A stretch of DNA of 64,000 nucleotides from the human T2T-CHM13v2.0 reference genome, Homo sapiens, in the NCBI RefSeq assembly GCF_009914755.1, contig NC_060925.1; one strand, written 5' to 3'. The notes under the pieces were generated by a model, which worked only from the letters and a program-made list of their open reading frames with translations, did not search any database and was not told the DNA's origin. The translations under genes were made by a program, and so were the position numbers. Shown one piece after another: positions 17,436-33,334 of the stretch. Position 1 is the first letter of the stretch, and every line of letters starts with the position of its first letter.

Positions 17436-19324
17436 GGCACCTATTTGGGCACTGGACCCTGCTAATTGATGAACACACAAGGCCAGGTGAGGGAAGGACT
17501 TCCTCAGTGCAGTATTATGCTGGCAGTATGAGGGACTCTTTCTCCCTGGTTTTGCTCTGTGTTTTTATGCCCAATTCCAGTAGAAGAATCATCTGAAGGA
17601 AAAGAGGATCAATGAAACAAATGTGTATCATGAATCATATACTTCCTTGTCTGGAGTAAGAAAGATTAGAGAGAAAATATACTTCATTGAAGCATGAAAG
17701 GAAAAACATCTATGTCCAGAAACAACACAATATGCTCATTATATTATTTCTAACTTTGGAAGTTAAATTTCTAATGACCAAATAGGACCATATCCTCTTC
17801 ATTGGCAATGCCATTGCTAACATACCCAGAAATACAAATGTACGTATGAAATCCACATAAATACAATATATCTTATACCCATTATATCAAGATTTGGCTA
17901 AAGTCATTCACAGCTCACGAAAACTTATTTGCAGGGTCCTTTGTATACAGGGAACTTCCAGGTTTATTTGGAATCCAGGATTGTCCTTGTGTGGTAACTT
18001 TATCCTTGCCTCTCGGTCTTATCTGAATTGAGGTAGAACCAATTAAATTCCTTCCAAGAGCTGATTTCCAACAGATATTGGGACAGGTAGGACAACGCTC
18101 TGCCTGGATTTGACACCAAAGAAATGTCATCCATGTGTCAGCTGCAACCTGGTGGCAGGGAAGATCATGGCCTCTAGCATGGCATCAGCATTTCTCTTAA
18201 TGACCTCACGTGTTCTGTGGAGAGGAGGATGACAGCCCAGAGCCCTGTGGAACTGAGGGCCTTAAGGGCAAAAGAGCCGTTACTCTTGTCAGGAAGGAAT
18301 GACTTCAGCCATGTTAGGCCTGAGGCCATATCGTTATCTGCCTTAGTTTGCTATATCTGGCTCACTTAACTGCCTCTGCAATGCACACTTTTATTCCATT
18401 TACCCTTCGCAGAGAAATATAGATGGCTGAAATCCATACAAACGTCGGGAAGGTTGTAATTGCTCTCAGTTCCCTAGCCAGCATGACTATGGATGGTAAA
18501 GAGGGAAGAGAAATTAAGGAAAAATTTACACTCATACCCCAAAACTGGCAGTTCTCAACCATAATGTCACAGAACTCAGGTAAACCATGATTGATTATGA
18601 AGTTTCCTGAAAGTAGTCTGTTACTAAAAATAAAGCATGGCCATTTGCAGATCATTTACTTAAAAAAAAAAATAAAGTGGATACAAAGGTAGCCCAATAA
18701 TATTACTCTCACCCACTTTCATTCTGATATGCAATCTTCAGATGGAAAGAATCAGAGTTAAGAAAGGAAACTCAGGGAAAAATACATATAAGCTGGGTCT
18801 ATTCTTACCTGCAGAGCCATTATAATAAACACTTGGGAATGTGTGCACTGGTCACATTCTCAGGGAAAAAAAAAAGTGAGATTGGATGCCCCCATTTATT
18901 CAGGCATGCAGTCCACAGCTTACACATGAATCATCTCACAAAAGTGTATTTGTAACTCAGATATTTGGACTTCGGAAGCTGATTTTCCATAGGTCAATGG
19001 CATCCATGGTGGCTAATTTCTGACTCCAGTTAAATGGAACCCAAGTTTTGAAGTGATAAACTATTGAAATTTCTTCTCCTCTGAGGACCAAAATGAGATA
19101 TTGGGCAGAAAGAGGGATGGAAGAGGGATAGAATGTTTCCAACTCCCAAATCTACACATGGTTTTGATGTCAAACTCACCAAGGAGCTACTGGTTACATA
19201 CATAATGGGGTAAAGAATATTATCCTCTAGAAATGTTCCATGAGAATTATTCACAAGAAAAGTAGGACAACAGAAAATATGCATTTCTTTGTCAAGCAAG
19301 GGAGGACCACAAAGCATGGCACTA

Positions 19325-19732
<408 letters not shown>

Positions 19733-19805
19733 TCACAGGAGGAAGTAGGTGGGAGAGCAGGGTAGTGGGAGAGAAGATAGAATGACAAAAAATAGCAAGA
19801 GGGAT

Positions 19806-20061
19806 TGATATGGTAATTGAATCATGGGGTAAGTCTTTCCCATGCTGATCTCATGATAGTGAGAGGAATTCCCCTGCACAAGCTCTCTCTCTTTGCGTGC
19901 TGCCGTTCATGTAAGATGTGACTTGCTCTTCCTTGCTTTCCACTATGATTGTGAGGCCTCCCCAGCCACGTGGAACTGTAAGTTCAATCAAACCTCTTTC
20001 TTTTGTAAATTGCCCACTCTCAGGTATATCTTTATCAGCAGTGTGAAAACAAACTAATACA
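19806..20061 (+). mobile_element. THE1 (MaLR) solo LTR, internally deleted
   Basis: tgatatgg...aaactaataca termini; gattgtgaggcctccccagccacgtggaactgtaag core; 5-bp TSD gggat (19801-19805 / 20062-20066). Confidence 0.9.
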
Positions 20062-20123
20062 GGGATTTTCAATGACTGTCATGACTATGGAGCTTTGGAG
20101 AGAAAAAATAATATCTAGAGAGG

Positions 20124-20181
20124 TTTTCTGGGATACTTCCTGTTTGGTACATTTTTTTCTGGGATACTTCCTGTTTGCTAC
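20124..20181 (+). repeat. 31-bp-period tandem duplication
   Basis: ttttctgggatacttcctgtttg(g/c)tac occurs twice. Confidence 0.95.
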
Positions 20182-21721
20182 GTTGAATAAAATCTTGGGT
20201 TAACCACTTTCAAGAAAACGATTAGTAAAAATTGATGTTATTCTTCAAAGCTCCCGGAGTTGGAGTTGTGCCTTCATGTCATGTGGCACAACTGTGCAAA
20301 GGCTGGGCCATACTGTCCCCAGTTCACAATGAGATCATATAAAGATTGATTCATGCCCCTACTTTTTACAAGATATAAAATATCTTTTACTTGAATAAGT
20401 GAAACCTCTTCCAAGAACGCTTTATTTCTGGACACTGGCAATTTTACAGGTTTCATTTTACAAAACTTGACAAGAATTGGAGCTAATTATTAAGCAAAAG
20501 TGAATGTAATATTTTCAGAATCTCAGTATGCATGAAGGAGCACTGTAAGTTCCACAAAGTTGAAGATACTTTAACTACATTTCTTTTTTGTATTTGCATA
20601 GCAGTTTAAGCTTTCAATGAATTTTTACCTACTTTGTCATTCGGGGGTCGCAATAACCAGGGATGTAAATAAGGTCAATATTACAAGATAAGAAAACTAA
20701 AACTTATGGAAGTTATATAGCTTGCCAATATTCACCATGGTAATAAACTAGAGAACTGGGCTAGAACCCATTACTCTTGACTTCATATATAGTGAAGTCC
20801 CTTCCCATATAGGGGGCAGGGGAGAAAAAACTGCTCAGATTAAGACAAATAGAACCCAGAACTTCAAGGAAATGGACAGCTTTGTAGATAATTGGAATTA
20901 GTTCAGATGTAGGCTACCATTTTTCTATGACTTTCTATCACATGTGAACAATGGAAAGGTCCTAAACCTGTGTTGGCCGCCCCCAGATCAACTCCTTTTC
21001 ATTACAATGACCATGAGAAAATAATTCTACTCAGTGTCACTTATCTGTGAATAGTCATAATCTGTTGTTAATCTTAGATCCTTTGGACCATTTTGCCACA
21101 TTTGACCTTAGTCTTTTCCCAGGACCTCTGTGTGAATTAAAAATGCTCTTTAAAATGAGTGAACTAATAAAGTAAAATTTCTACTTACTTAGCCAGAAGC
21201 AATGATTGAGACTTTAATGGGCAACTAAAGTCACAGTAATCATAAATAAACCTCTTAGGCATATGTTTTATTTATCCTCAGATATGTCTGTGGCCTTCTA
21301 GAACTGAGCTCAAAACAATCTTTTGCTCAGTTAATAAACAGACTTACCAGAAATCCGGGCTTTACTCAGACAAATCACTCAAAACTCTTGTGAGTCTTAG
21401 TCTCCTTGTATATAAATAAGGTAAATGGCACTAAACTTGAAAATTTGCTGATAGTTAACTGAGCTCATGCATGTAAAATTGCCTAGCATAGCAAGAAGAA
21501 AATAGTTGATACTAAATATAATGTTAAATAGCTAATATTAAGCCTCCTTTTCTGGGAAAATTGAAGGTTGATTTCAAAATTCTAGCCAATTTCCTCTGCC
21601 TATCACTCTATTCTAGCTCCGTTATAATTGGATTCAATACTTCCTGCCCCTAATCTGTTTTGCCTTATCAGTGAACCCTTTTAAATAGCTCCTGCAACCC
21701 TCCCTTGAGATGGTCTGAGTA

Positions 21722-23041
21722 CAGTCATGTGCCACATAATGATGTTTCAGTCAACAATGCATTTATGATGGTGGTCCCATAAGATTATAACTGAACAGAA
21801 AAAATGCTATCACCTAGTGAAATCATAGTGGTCCTAACATTGTAGTGTAATGCATTACTCAGGAGTTTGTGGCAATGCTGGTGTAAACAGAACTACCGTG
21901 CTGCCAGTGCTATAAATGTATAAATGTATAAATGGTACATACAATTGTGCACAGTTCATAATACCTGATAACAATAATAAACATGTTACTGGGGTTATTT
22001 CACAACTGTATGAAACATATACTACAAGGTGCATATAATCCCTTTGTCTTTTATTGACCTAAATAAAATGTACTTCAATAAAAAAAAAAGTTACTAGTTT
22101 ACGTATTTACTATACTATACTTCTTGTTATTTTAGAGTGTGCTCCTTCTACTTATAAAAAAGTTAACTAATTAACTGTAAAACAGCCTCAGGCATGTCCT
22201 TCAGGAGGTATTCCAGAAGAAGGCATTGTTATCATAAGAGAGGACCGCCCCATGTATGTTATTGCCCCTGAAGGTCTTCCAGTAGAACAAGTTGTGGAGG
22301 TGGAAGACACTGATATTAATGATTCTGACCCTGTGGGGACCTAGGCTAATGTGTGTGTTTGTGTCTTAGTTTTGAAGAAAAAACTTTATAAAGTAAAAAA
22401 TAAAAATTAAAAAATTTTAAAAATAGAAAAAGCTTATAGAATAAAGATATAAAGAAAGAAAATATTTTTATAGAAAAATTTTTGTACATTGTATTTATGT
22501 TTTAAGCTAAGTGATATTACAAAAGCCAAAAGTTTTTAAAATTAAAAAAATTACAAAGTTAAAAAGTTACAGTAAACTGAGCTTAATTTATTAGTGAAGA
22601 AAGAAAATTTTTTATATAAATTTAGTGTTGCCTAAGAATACAGTGTACATAAAGTCTACAGCAGTGTGCAGTAATATCCTAGGCCTTCACACTCACTCAC
22701 CACTGACTCACCCAGAGCAACTTCCAGCCCTGCAGTCTCCATTTAAGGTAACTGCCCTCTGCAGGTGTACCATTTTTATCTTTTATACCATATTTTTACT
22801 GTTCCTTTTCTGTGTTTAGATAGGTTTAGATACACAAATACTTATCACTGTGTTACAATTGCCTACAGTATTCAGTACAGTTACATGATGTACAGGTTTA
22901 TAGCCTAGGAGTAACAGGCTACACCATATAGCTTAGGTGTGGTAGGCTATACCATCTAGGTTAGTGTAAGTACATTCTATGATGTTGGCACAATGACACC
23001 TGTCTCAGAACATATCCTCATCATTAAGTAATGCATGACTG
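21722..23041 (+). mobile_element. Tigger3b (Tc1/mariner-Tigger) non-autonomous transposon
   Basis: TIR cagtcatg...catgactg with TA flanks; internal ccttcaggaggtattccagaagaaggcattgttatcat. Confidence 0.88.
21993..22089 (+). other. Short polyadenylated retro-insert of unknown origin inside Tigger3b
   Basis: AATAAA at 22062-22067; A tail 22077-22089; flanked by gttactgg / gttactag; absent from the second Tigger3b copy. Confidence 0.65.
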
Positions 23042-23575
23042 TATTCATAGATACTATCCTTTCATTGTCCAAACAAAGTCTATGACAGACTATTCTCTGT
23101 CACGAACTTTTTGTAAATGAATGCTCTTCCCAGCATGTGTGCCATGGCAGGTTAGATGCAAAGATCTGATGATCTACCCAATGAAAGCATGCTATATGTT
23201 CCAGTGGGTCAGACTCAGTAGATGTCAAACTGATTGAGGTAACTATGAAGGGGAAAATTCAGACAACATCATTGATTTTTTTTAACTATGTTCAAGATTT
23301 TAGCCTCAAGATAAATTCTGAGATTAAGAAATCTTGAAAATCTATTTAATTTACTTCCCCCAACCAGTCTCCCAAGCCCTTACATACCCACACTGAATCC
23401 TCCCAGGTAGAGATGGCAACTAGGTCATTTCAATGTAAAAGGCATTCCTGAAATCTTAAATCCAAGTCTTATGAGGGTAATGGGCCTTTGGAGATTGACT
23501 TCAATTTCACACCTAACACAGGAACTTTCCAGAACATGCAACACCTTGAAATCATCTCACCCCATCATGTCCCTC

Positions 23576-23975
<400 letters not shown>

Positions 23976-24128
23976 TAGGGCTGCAAAATCCTAAGATATT
24001 ATGCTCTTTTATGTAAGAGGAACTTCAGAATAGAGTACTTATGAGGTGATTTTTATGAACTCTTCATTGATGTCTCCCTGAAGTTTTCAACCCAGGGTTT
24101 GAGGGAGAAAATAAAATGGATAAGATAC

Positions 24129-24792
<664 letters not shown>

Positions 24793-25224
24793 GAGACAGA
24801 GACTCATTTCCCTCAACCTGAATACTCTCCGAATGAACCCCACACCATTTTCTACTTAGGGAAAGAGTGGCAGACATGGATAAGAAGTGCTTCAATAACG
24901 AATATTCCCTGTGTCCCTGAAGATTTGCAGAAAACAGATGGGTTCCATTCTGCTTATTCTATCAGGACTATCACCTTGTTGAATAAGTTGAGAATTTCAC
25001 TAACTAATTAGATTTTTTTTTCCTTTCCACCAAAATTCAAAACATCAAGTTTTCTTAGTTGTAAGAGTTTAGCAAGTTGGAATAATTCCTAAAGATATTT
25101 AGGCTATCCTATGCAATTTGCCTCTATTGTTGGATTAATTACCCTCTTTTCTCATATTGTATACTTACCATTCTTCTCATTAGGTCATGCCTGCTTAATA
25201 AATAGGGATTTATTATAGAGCAGC

Positions 25225-25470
25225 AATATTGCATACTGGTTAAAAATTTGACTTCTGGAATTATCCTGGCCAACTTCAAGTCTTGGACCTACATCCTAGT
25301 TGCTGTGTGACCTTGGGCACTTCCTTTATCCCAGCCTTAGTATCTTCCTGTCTAAAATGTGCCTTGTAATCAATCACATTTTTGTTAGGATTAGCTGAGA
25401 TAACATATGTAAAGCACTCAAAATATCACCACATACAAGTAAGGTCCCAATAAATGTTAACCAATTATTG
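25225..25470 (+). mobile_element. MIR
   Basis: gctgtgtgaccttgggca...taaaatg...atgtaaagcact...caataaatgtta. Confidence 0.75.
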
Positions 25471-25779
25471 TAATTGATAGCTCCTGCTTATCTATAGAAC
25501 TATCCTGCTTTACAGTGCTGTCCCAGGGTAAACTGGCTAGCTTTCTTTAATAACCACTCCATCTTTTCTCAGTTATACAAAATTAGTCCTTCTGATACTC
25601 ATTTATACAGTTACTTTTTTTCTCCTAGATTTAATACTCTGCCCCTGTCTCTACTGAATTTTATTCATTTGCTGGGGATATTCTTCCAATCCACTAACTA
25701 TTTTTACTGGAACAATAAGTCAGCAACCCATCTCACACAAACTGGACTGCACTGTGAACTTTTTCATCAAGCAATATTC

Positions 25780-26025
25780 CAAGGGTTGGACAACTTTTTC
25801 TGGAAAGGGCCTGATAGTAAATATTTTAGACTCTACAGGCCTTACAGTCTCTGTCAAAATTATTCAACTCCACCATTATAGTGCAAAAGTAGCCATAGAC
25901 AATATGTAAACAAATGTCCATGGCAGTGTTCCAATAAAACTTTATCTACAAAAATAAGTGAGGGATAAATTTGGCCATCAGCAAGTATAGTTTGCTATAC
26001 AGGGAGTAGAGTCTGCTGATCCCTC
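25780..26025 (+). mobile_element. MER58A (hAT-Charlie)
   Basis: aaagggcctgatagtaaatattttag...gcaaaagtagccatagacaatatgtaaacaaatg...ccaataaaactttat. Confidence 0.85.
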
Positions 26026-26561
26026 CTATTTTATTTTTCTGTGAAATAAATGCTTATTAAATTTACATTGATAGACAATGATCAACTTAATCTTAAAGTT
26101 TACTCTTTGCCCACCTCATAATTGTTTGGCCTAAATTTTGTTTTCCAATTTATTGATGAGGAGTCTCTGAAGGATGAGTTAAAAAGCCTTTGCAGAAGTT
26201 ATGCTAGGTTATGTCTGGTATGCCCACTTAAACCAGGCTTATAAACTTATTAATAAAGTAACACAAAACCACTGCCATCTAGCTTTATGTGCCATTGCAT
26301 GTAAAGAAGCTTGTGTTCTAACTCTACTTGGAGCTCCTTTTTAAATATGCTTCTCCAATAATGTCTCCTGTACAAAACTTTCATAAGCTTCTGCTTCTGA
26401 AATACTGAGCACATTATCTTGTTCATCTCTCTCTCCCAGTTCCTTGTACACTTTAGGGTGTTTATTAAATATTTGGTGACAAAAACGAATGAGTGAACAT
26501 TGTTCCATAGAGAATAAGGTTCACACAAATTATTACTCAGTACATTGTCCTCTTCCAGTGA

Positions 26562-26942
<381 letters not shown>

Positions 26943-29009
26943 TAATCAAGAATGTTTAATGGTACTGAAACTACCAAAACAGTCCTATAATGTCCATATA
27001 AACTGTTCCATTAAAACAATGATCTTCCAGAAAAATACATTAATATTCAGTATAAACACTGGCTGGAGTCTTAGGAAATCTAGCTTAGTCTTAGATATGT
27101 AATTTGGTTACATGACTTTGGTTAAGCTTTTCCATGCTCTAGGATTTAGTTTCCTCATATTGTAAAATAAATTAATTATACTAAATATCCCCTAGAGTGC
27201 CTCCTGTATGTTTAGCAAAACTGCCTACAAAGACCAAGCATTCCTCTCAGATTCAATGATCTCTGCCTGTCACCTGTCTTTACCTAGACTCCTGGAAGAA
27301 CATGACACTGGAGCCTGAACTCTTCCTCCCTCTTGTAGAGTTCTAGAACCCCTTCTCATCCTGGAATTTTCACTTTGGCAGGAAATACTTTCAGGTCACC
27401 TCAATATAAACAGCACAGATACAGAAGTCAGGGGCTCGGAATTCTTGTGTAACTGCTCTATGATTGTAGGGACTTGCTCTAGGAAGGAAATGTCTTCCAG
27501 ACAAGGGTCCTGGGCAGTGAAGGCGCTCTTCACGTCCCTTTGGTGGCACTCCCTGCAACCACTGGGCCACACCTGCCGGACCGAGTATAATCTCTACAGA
27601 GTTAAAGTAGGAAACTGTCAGCTCCCTGGGAGTCGTGGGACACATGAGAAGAGAGTTATAACAGAATAGCAGAAAAGCTAAAGGAAAAAAAAAAAGAAAG
27701 AAAGGAAAAAGGAAACACAGAAAGTACTAACTAACTGGGGAATACAAAAGACTTAATGGAGCAATGATTTAAAACTATGTGCCTTTTTAAGGAAGGCAGA
27801 TTGAAATTCCACAGAGCTTCAATTTTCCTCTAAATGCTTGTGATTTCAGAGACTCCCTGGGGTACATGCTCCCTCTGGAGAACTCTCAGCAGGATGGAAG
27901 TTCTGCCCCACCTGCCGCAAAAAAAAGAAAAAAAAGAAAAGAAAGAAAAAAAGAGATTTTTGCATTGGGACAGAGTAGGAAATTACCAAGCGATTGTGAA
28001 GAAAAATGAAGCCACTCTTTTAAAAGAGGGCCCTTAGCCAGAGAACCACGAACAATCTTGATGAGAGCATTCTAAGCTTTCTATGTTCCAGAAGTTTCTC
28101 CTTCCATGGCAGTTGCCAAGGCAACAGAGTAAAGTAAGAACCAAAGGACAAATGGCATCAGCCTCACTGGGTGTCTCCACCTTTACCTGCCAACTGCAGG
28201 TACAAACAGTGCCTGCTCTTGTCTGGCAACACCATCCCAGAGCTGCTCCCAGATGCACAGACAGCAGGATGCAGAGAAAGACACAGACATCCTATCGTTT
28301 TCTATGTATGGGGCTGCTTCCCAGACATATAAAGAATTTGGAACCCCCTAAGAGTTTCTCAAGTATAGCAACCTTTAAATATGTCTGCTATTTTTAACCA
28401 TTCTGGCAATTTGGGATTAGGCATAATGTGAAGCCCTATGTTTTGAAAAACAACCAGCTGAGGAAGTTCAGAAAATATAGACAGGTTGTGTTATTGTTGT
28501 TTGTTTCCAAAACAGACCCCTAAATGTATTTCTTATTCATAATTTTGGAGGCTAACGTGAACATTCAGATTAAAATGGCTCAAGAGCTCCATCACATAAA
28601 GAAAGCAGACAGCCTCATGGATATTAGACTGTGGACAAGGAAAAAATCCCAATGCAGCTACCCTTGAGTGGAGAGATAGGCTCTTCCTAGCCAGAGTAAA
28701 GTGGAACTGAATGTTTTTCCTGGATATGTGTGATCAGAGCCACAAGATGCACCTATTTGTAATCTTTCTAAGTGGAAAAAAGACTAGGAAAACTTACAAC
28801 AAATTCTATTTTAAAAGCAGCTGATCTGCTTTTTATTCATCTATCTGTTCTGGATATATAAACTGGAAATGCCATTAAAATGTGAATTATACCAGCTTCC
28901 ATGATAAAGGCCTCTCGGGAGCATTCATAGACATGCCAACAGACTGGCTTCCTCCATCTGCTGACCCACCATCCTCACACCTTGTGTTTCACTGTTTAAA
29001 AACACTGTA

Positions 29010-29327
29010 CAGGTTGAGCAACTCTCATCTGAAAACCCGAAATGCTCCAAAATCTGAAACTTTGTGAGTGCAACATGACTCCACAAGTGGAAAATTCCAC
29101 ACCTGACCTCATGATGGGTTGTAGTCAAAAGAGAGTCAAAACTTGGTCACATGTACAAAATAGTTAAAATAAGGTGTTTATGAAACATAAATTAATTTTG
29201 TGTTTGGACTTAAGGGTCTCATCTTCAAGATATCTCATTATGTATATGCAAATATTTCAAAATCCAAAAAAGTTCAAAATTCAAAATACTTCTGGTCCAG
29301 AGCATTTCAGATAAGGTATACAACCTG
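29010..29327 (+). mobile_element. Tigger4b (Zombi) DNA transposon
   Basis: TA-caggttgag...caacctg-TA; aaatgctccaaaatctgaaacttt. Confidence 0.82.
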
Positions 29328-29371
29328 TATTAGTCAGGGTTCTCCAGAGAGATAAAACCAATAAGATCCAT

Positions 29372-29734
<363 letters not shown>

Positions 29735-30643
29735 AGATAGATAAATAGAAATAAACGATTTACTAGGAGAATTGGCTGACATGATTATGGAAGCTGACAG
29801 GCCATGACAGCTAGAGACTCAGGCATGTTGGGAGTGTGTCTCAATCCAAGTCCAAAAGTATCAGAGTCAGGGAAGCTAATGATGTAATTCTTAGTCTGAG
29901 GACAAAGGGGACTGAGTACTTAGGAGAACCAGGAATGCAGGTCCCAGAGTCCAAAAGTCAGAGAACCTGGAGTTCTGATATCCAAGTACAGGAGAAGAAG
30001 GTTGTCCCAGCACCAAGAGGGAGAAAGAATTAATTCACTGTCCCTCTGTCTTTTTGTTCTATCTGATCCCCTAGTTGATTGAATGATATCCACTCACATT
30101 GAGAGCAGATCTTTTCCATTTAGTCCAAAAACTCACATGCCAATTTACTCCAGAAACACTCTTAGAGACACACCCAGAAATAATGCTTTACCAGCTATAT
30201 AGGTATCCCTTAATCTAGTCAAGTTGACATCCAAAATTCACCATCGCAAACACCAATTACATTCAGCTCAGTATTGAGTTATTTCTTTACTTATCTCCTC
30301 ACTAATCTGTAAGTTCCTAAAGGTCAGGGACAACATCTAAATCATCTTTGTGGCCATCCTTCACATGGTTTCTAGCATGTTATTCACTTATTCATTCTAG
30401 AAACATTTATTCAGTACATACGAGCCAGGTGTTGTACCAGATACTGAAGATGCAATGATAAATAAGATAAAGTCTCTGCTTCAGGGCACTTAAATAACTA
30501 AACAAATAAACTAATAGCTTATGATAAACATTGGGATGGAAATAAACATAGTATTTTGTTAATAATAATAGCTAACACTTATTGAATGATCCATGAACCA
30601 CCAAATGTTTTAAGAAGTTTGTATTAACTCATTTAATCCTCAC

Positions 30644-31092
30644 TGTACTAGTCAGGGTTCTCTAGAGAGACAGAAGTAATAGGATATATATATATATATA
30701 AAGGGGAGTTTATTAAGTAGTATTAACTCACACATCACAAGGTTCCGCAATAGGCTGTCTGCAAGCTGAGGAGCAAGGAAGCCAGTCCGTGTCCCAAAGC
30801 TGAAGAACCTGGAGTCTGATGTTTGAGGTCAGGAAGCAACCAGCACAAGAGAAAGATGTAGGCTGGGAGGCTAAGCCAGTCTAGCGTTTTCACGTTTTTC
30901 TGCCTGCTTTATATCCTGGCCCTGCTGGCAGCTGATTAGATGGTGCCCATCCAGATTGAGGGTGGGTCTGCCATTCCCAGCCCACTGACTCAAATGTTAA
31001 TCTCCTTTGGCAACACCCACACAGACACACCAAGGATTGATACTTTGCATCCTTCAATCCAATCAAGTTGACACTCAGTGTTAACCATCACA
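30644..31092 (-). mobile_element. MLT2A (HERV-L) solo LTR inserted in a MIR
   Basis: tgtactagtcagggttctctagag...caatccaatcaagttgacactcagtgttaaccatcaca; TSD ctcac (30639-30643 / 31093-31097). Confidence 0.9.
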
Positions 31093-31413
31093 CTCACCAA
31101 ACCTACAATCCTTTTTTTTTCTTTTTTTTTCCCCAAGTGAATTCACAGGAATACCCCTACAATTTTAAGAAATATGTGCTACTGCCTTCTCCATTTTACA
31201 GATGAAGAAATTAAGGAACAGAAAAATTTAAATAATTGGCAAAGGTCTCAAAGCTAGCAATGTTAGGAGTGGGCCCAAATGCAGGCCAGCCTGACTATAA
31301 CCTGTTGTTTTTCAGCCTCTGAGAAGGAATAAAGGAGACCCATTTTAAAAGGGGGTCAGAAAAGGCCTTTCTGCAAAAATGACATTTAAACTGAGACCTA
31401 AAAACTGAGAAGG

Positions 31414-31748
<335 letters not shown>

Positions 31749-32834
31749 CAGGAAGGAGAGAGCCACAAATATCGCCAGTGCCAAAGGTAAAATAAGTCAT
31801 TGGGGAAAGGGATGGTAATCAGATAAAGCCGACTTTGAGCTCCGTTTGTCCCATAAAGAAGCTGTGGAATGAAAAGCTTTGGCAAAAGTAGCTGCATATA
31901 TTGAATGAAGGGTTCTAAGTTTTATTCCAGGTTTTTGCACATTTCTTCTCAGAGTCCCTGTTTTCCAACTTGAGAAGAGTAATTATTAGCATACATGTAA
32001 AACCTCTGGTTAATGAGTTCTATGATTAAGTCAGGTTTTCTCATCAAACCAAACACAACCATGGCCATCTCTTGTCAGGATGGTCCTGGGCACAACTAAA
32101 AAGTTTGCTTCTTCCAGAACTGAGGTTGGCCGAGTTTGACTGTGTAACCTCTCTTTCACAAGCACATACTGGTGTGTGCTAGGCGCTATGCTAAGGATGG
32201 CAGAGTGGAGAGAGGCAGCCTAGCCTGGGATGGTGGGAAAATTAAAAGCCTTGGAGTCTGAGATGCCTGGATTGAAACCCAGCTCCAACACTTATTAGCT
32301 CTCCCTTGTCAGAACATGAGAAGGTAACTTAACATTCCCATTACCTTGCAGGTAAGAGGTGGCTTCCTCACCTGCAAAACAAAGGTAAATATAACTTCTT
32401 TTACAGCACTGTTAAGATTAGGTAAGAAAATAGATGTGATGCAATATGAATGGTGCTAAACACGGAGAACATATTCATAGATTTCATTGTCCTCTCTGTC
32501 CCTCACCATCTAATGAGGTTTGGTCAGCTTGTGCACATAGCATAATGTGTTGTATTGCCCAAGAGGGGTAACTGGGGCTGAGAAGAAGAATAAAGTGAAG
32601 ACAATGTGCCTCTTTCCTACCTTCTGTGAAATACATGAGCACTCAGGTCACTTATGCAACCCTTTCTGGATTCCCAAAACTTCCAGTGTGGCTTTGCAGT
32701 CTCTGCTGCTACCTTTCCCTGCTACATAAATTTAGGTAAAGTTTACAGGACACTCAGCAGGTGTCATCAATTATACATACATTATCCCATTTAACTCCCA
32801 CAACAATCTTATAGGACAAATATAATTATTCTTC

Positions 32835-33200
32835 TGTGGCATTCTTAATTTTCACCAATATCTGGTTGTCCTCTAGCTTCTGTACAGAAAGGCCTAAAAT
32901 TTCTCATTCCCTTGCAGTTAGGCACAGCCATGTTACTAGTTATGGACAAAGAAAGGTGAGCAGAAGTGACATGTCTCACTTTTGTGTTTAATTGTCAGTG
33001 CTCAAATCTACAGTTCCCCCTTCCTCTGCCATAATGACTTAGGGGACTACTTTTCCAAATGGTATTGCTGCAAAATAATTTCACATAGAGGATAATTGCA
33101 AACTTTGTGTGAATTAAAAATAAATCTTTGTTGTGTTAAGCCAGAGAGATGATAGAGTTCCTTTTTGTTGTAGTATAGCCTGACCTATTTTGGTTGACAC
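32835..33200 (+). mobile_element. Old MaLR LTR (MLT1J-like)
   Basis: cccttgcagttaggcacagccatg, gcagaagtgacatgtctcactt, ataaatctttgttgtgttaagcca. Confidence 0.55.
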
Positions 33201-33334
33201 ATACCCATTTTTCAGGTGAGGAACCTGAGAATCACATTTGAAATCTTTTCTATCTGAATCCAAACCCATCCTTCTTCGTCTCTAATATTCTACATGAAGA
33301 TGCCAGATAAAATATATGCATCAAGAAAAGTCTG

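Noticed and set aside
17046-17478. Gly/Ser/Asp-rich, Val/Met-rich and His-rich ORFs
   Set aside because: Several frames are open only because of the period-3 low-complexity tract; I see no splice context or recognisable domain.
27391-28400. Unique, moderately GC-rich stretch with short ORFs and possible splice or CTCF-like sites
   Set aside because: No recognisable protein and motif matches are weak; it could be regulatory or a lncRNA, but the sequence alone does not support a call.
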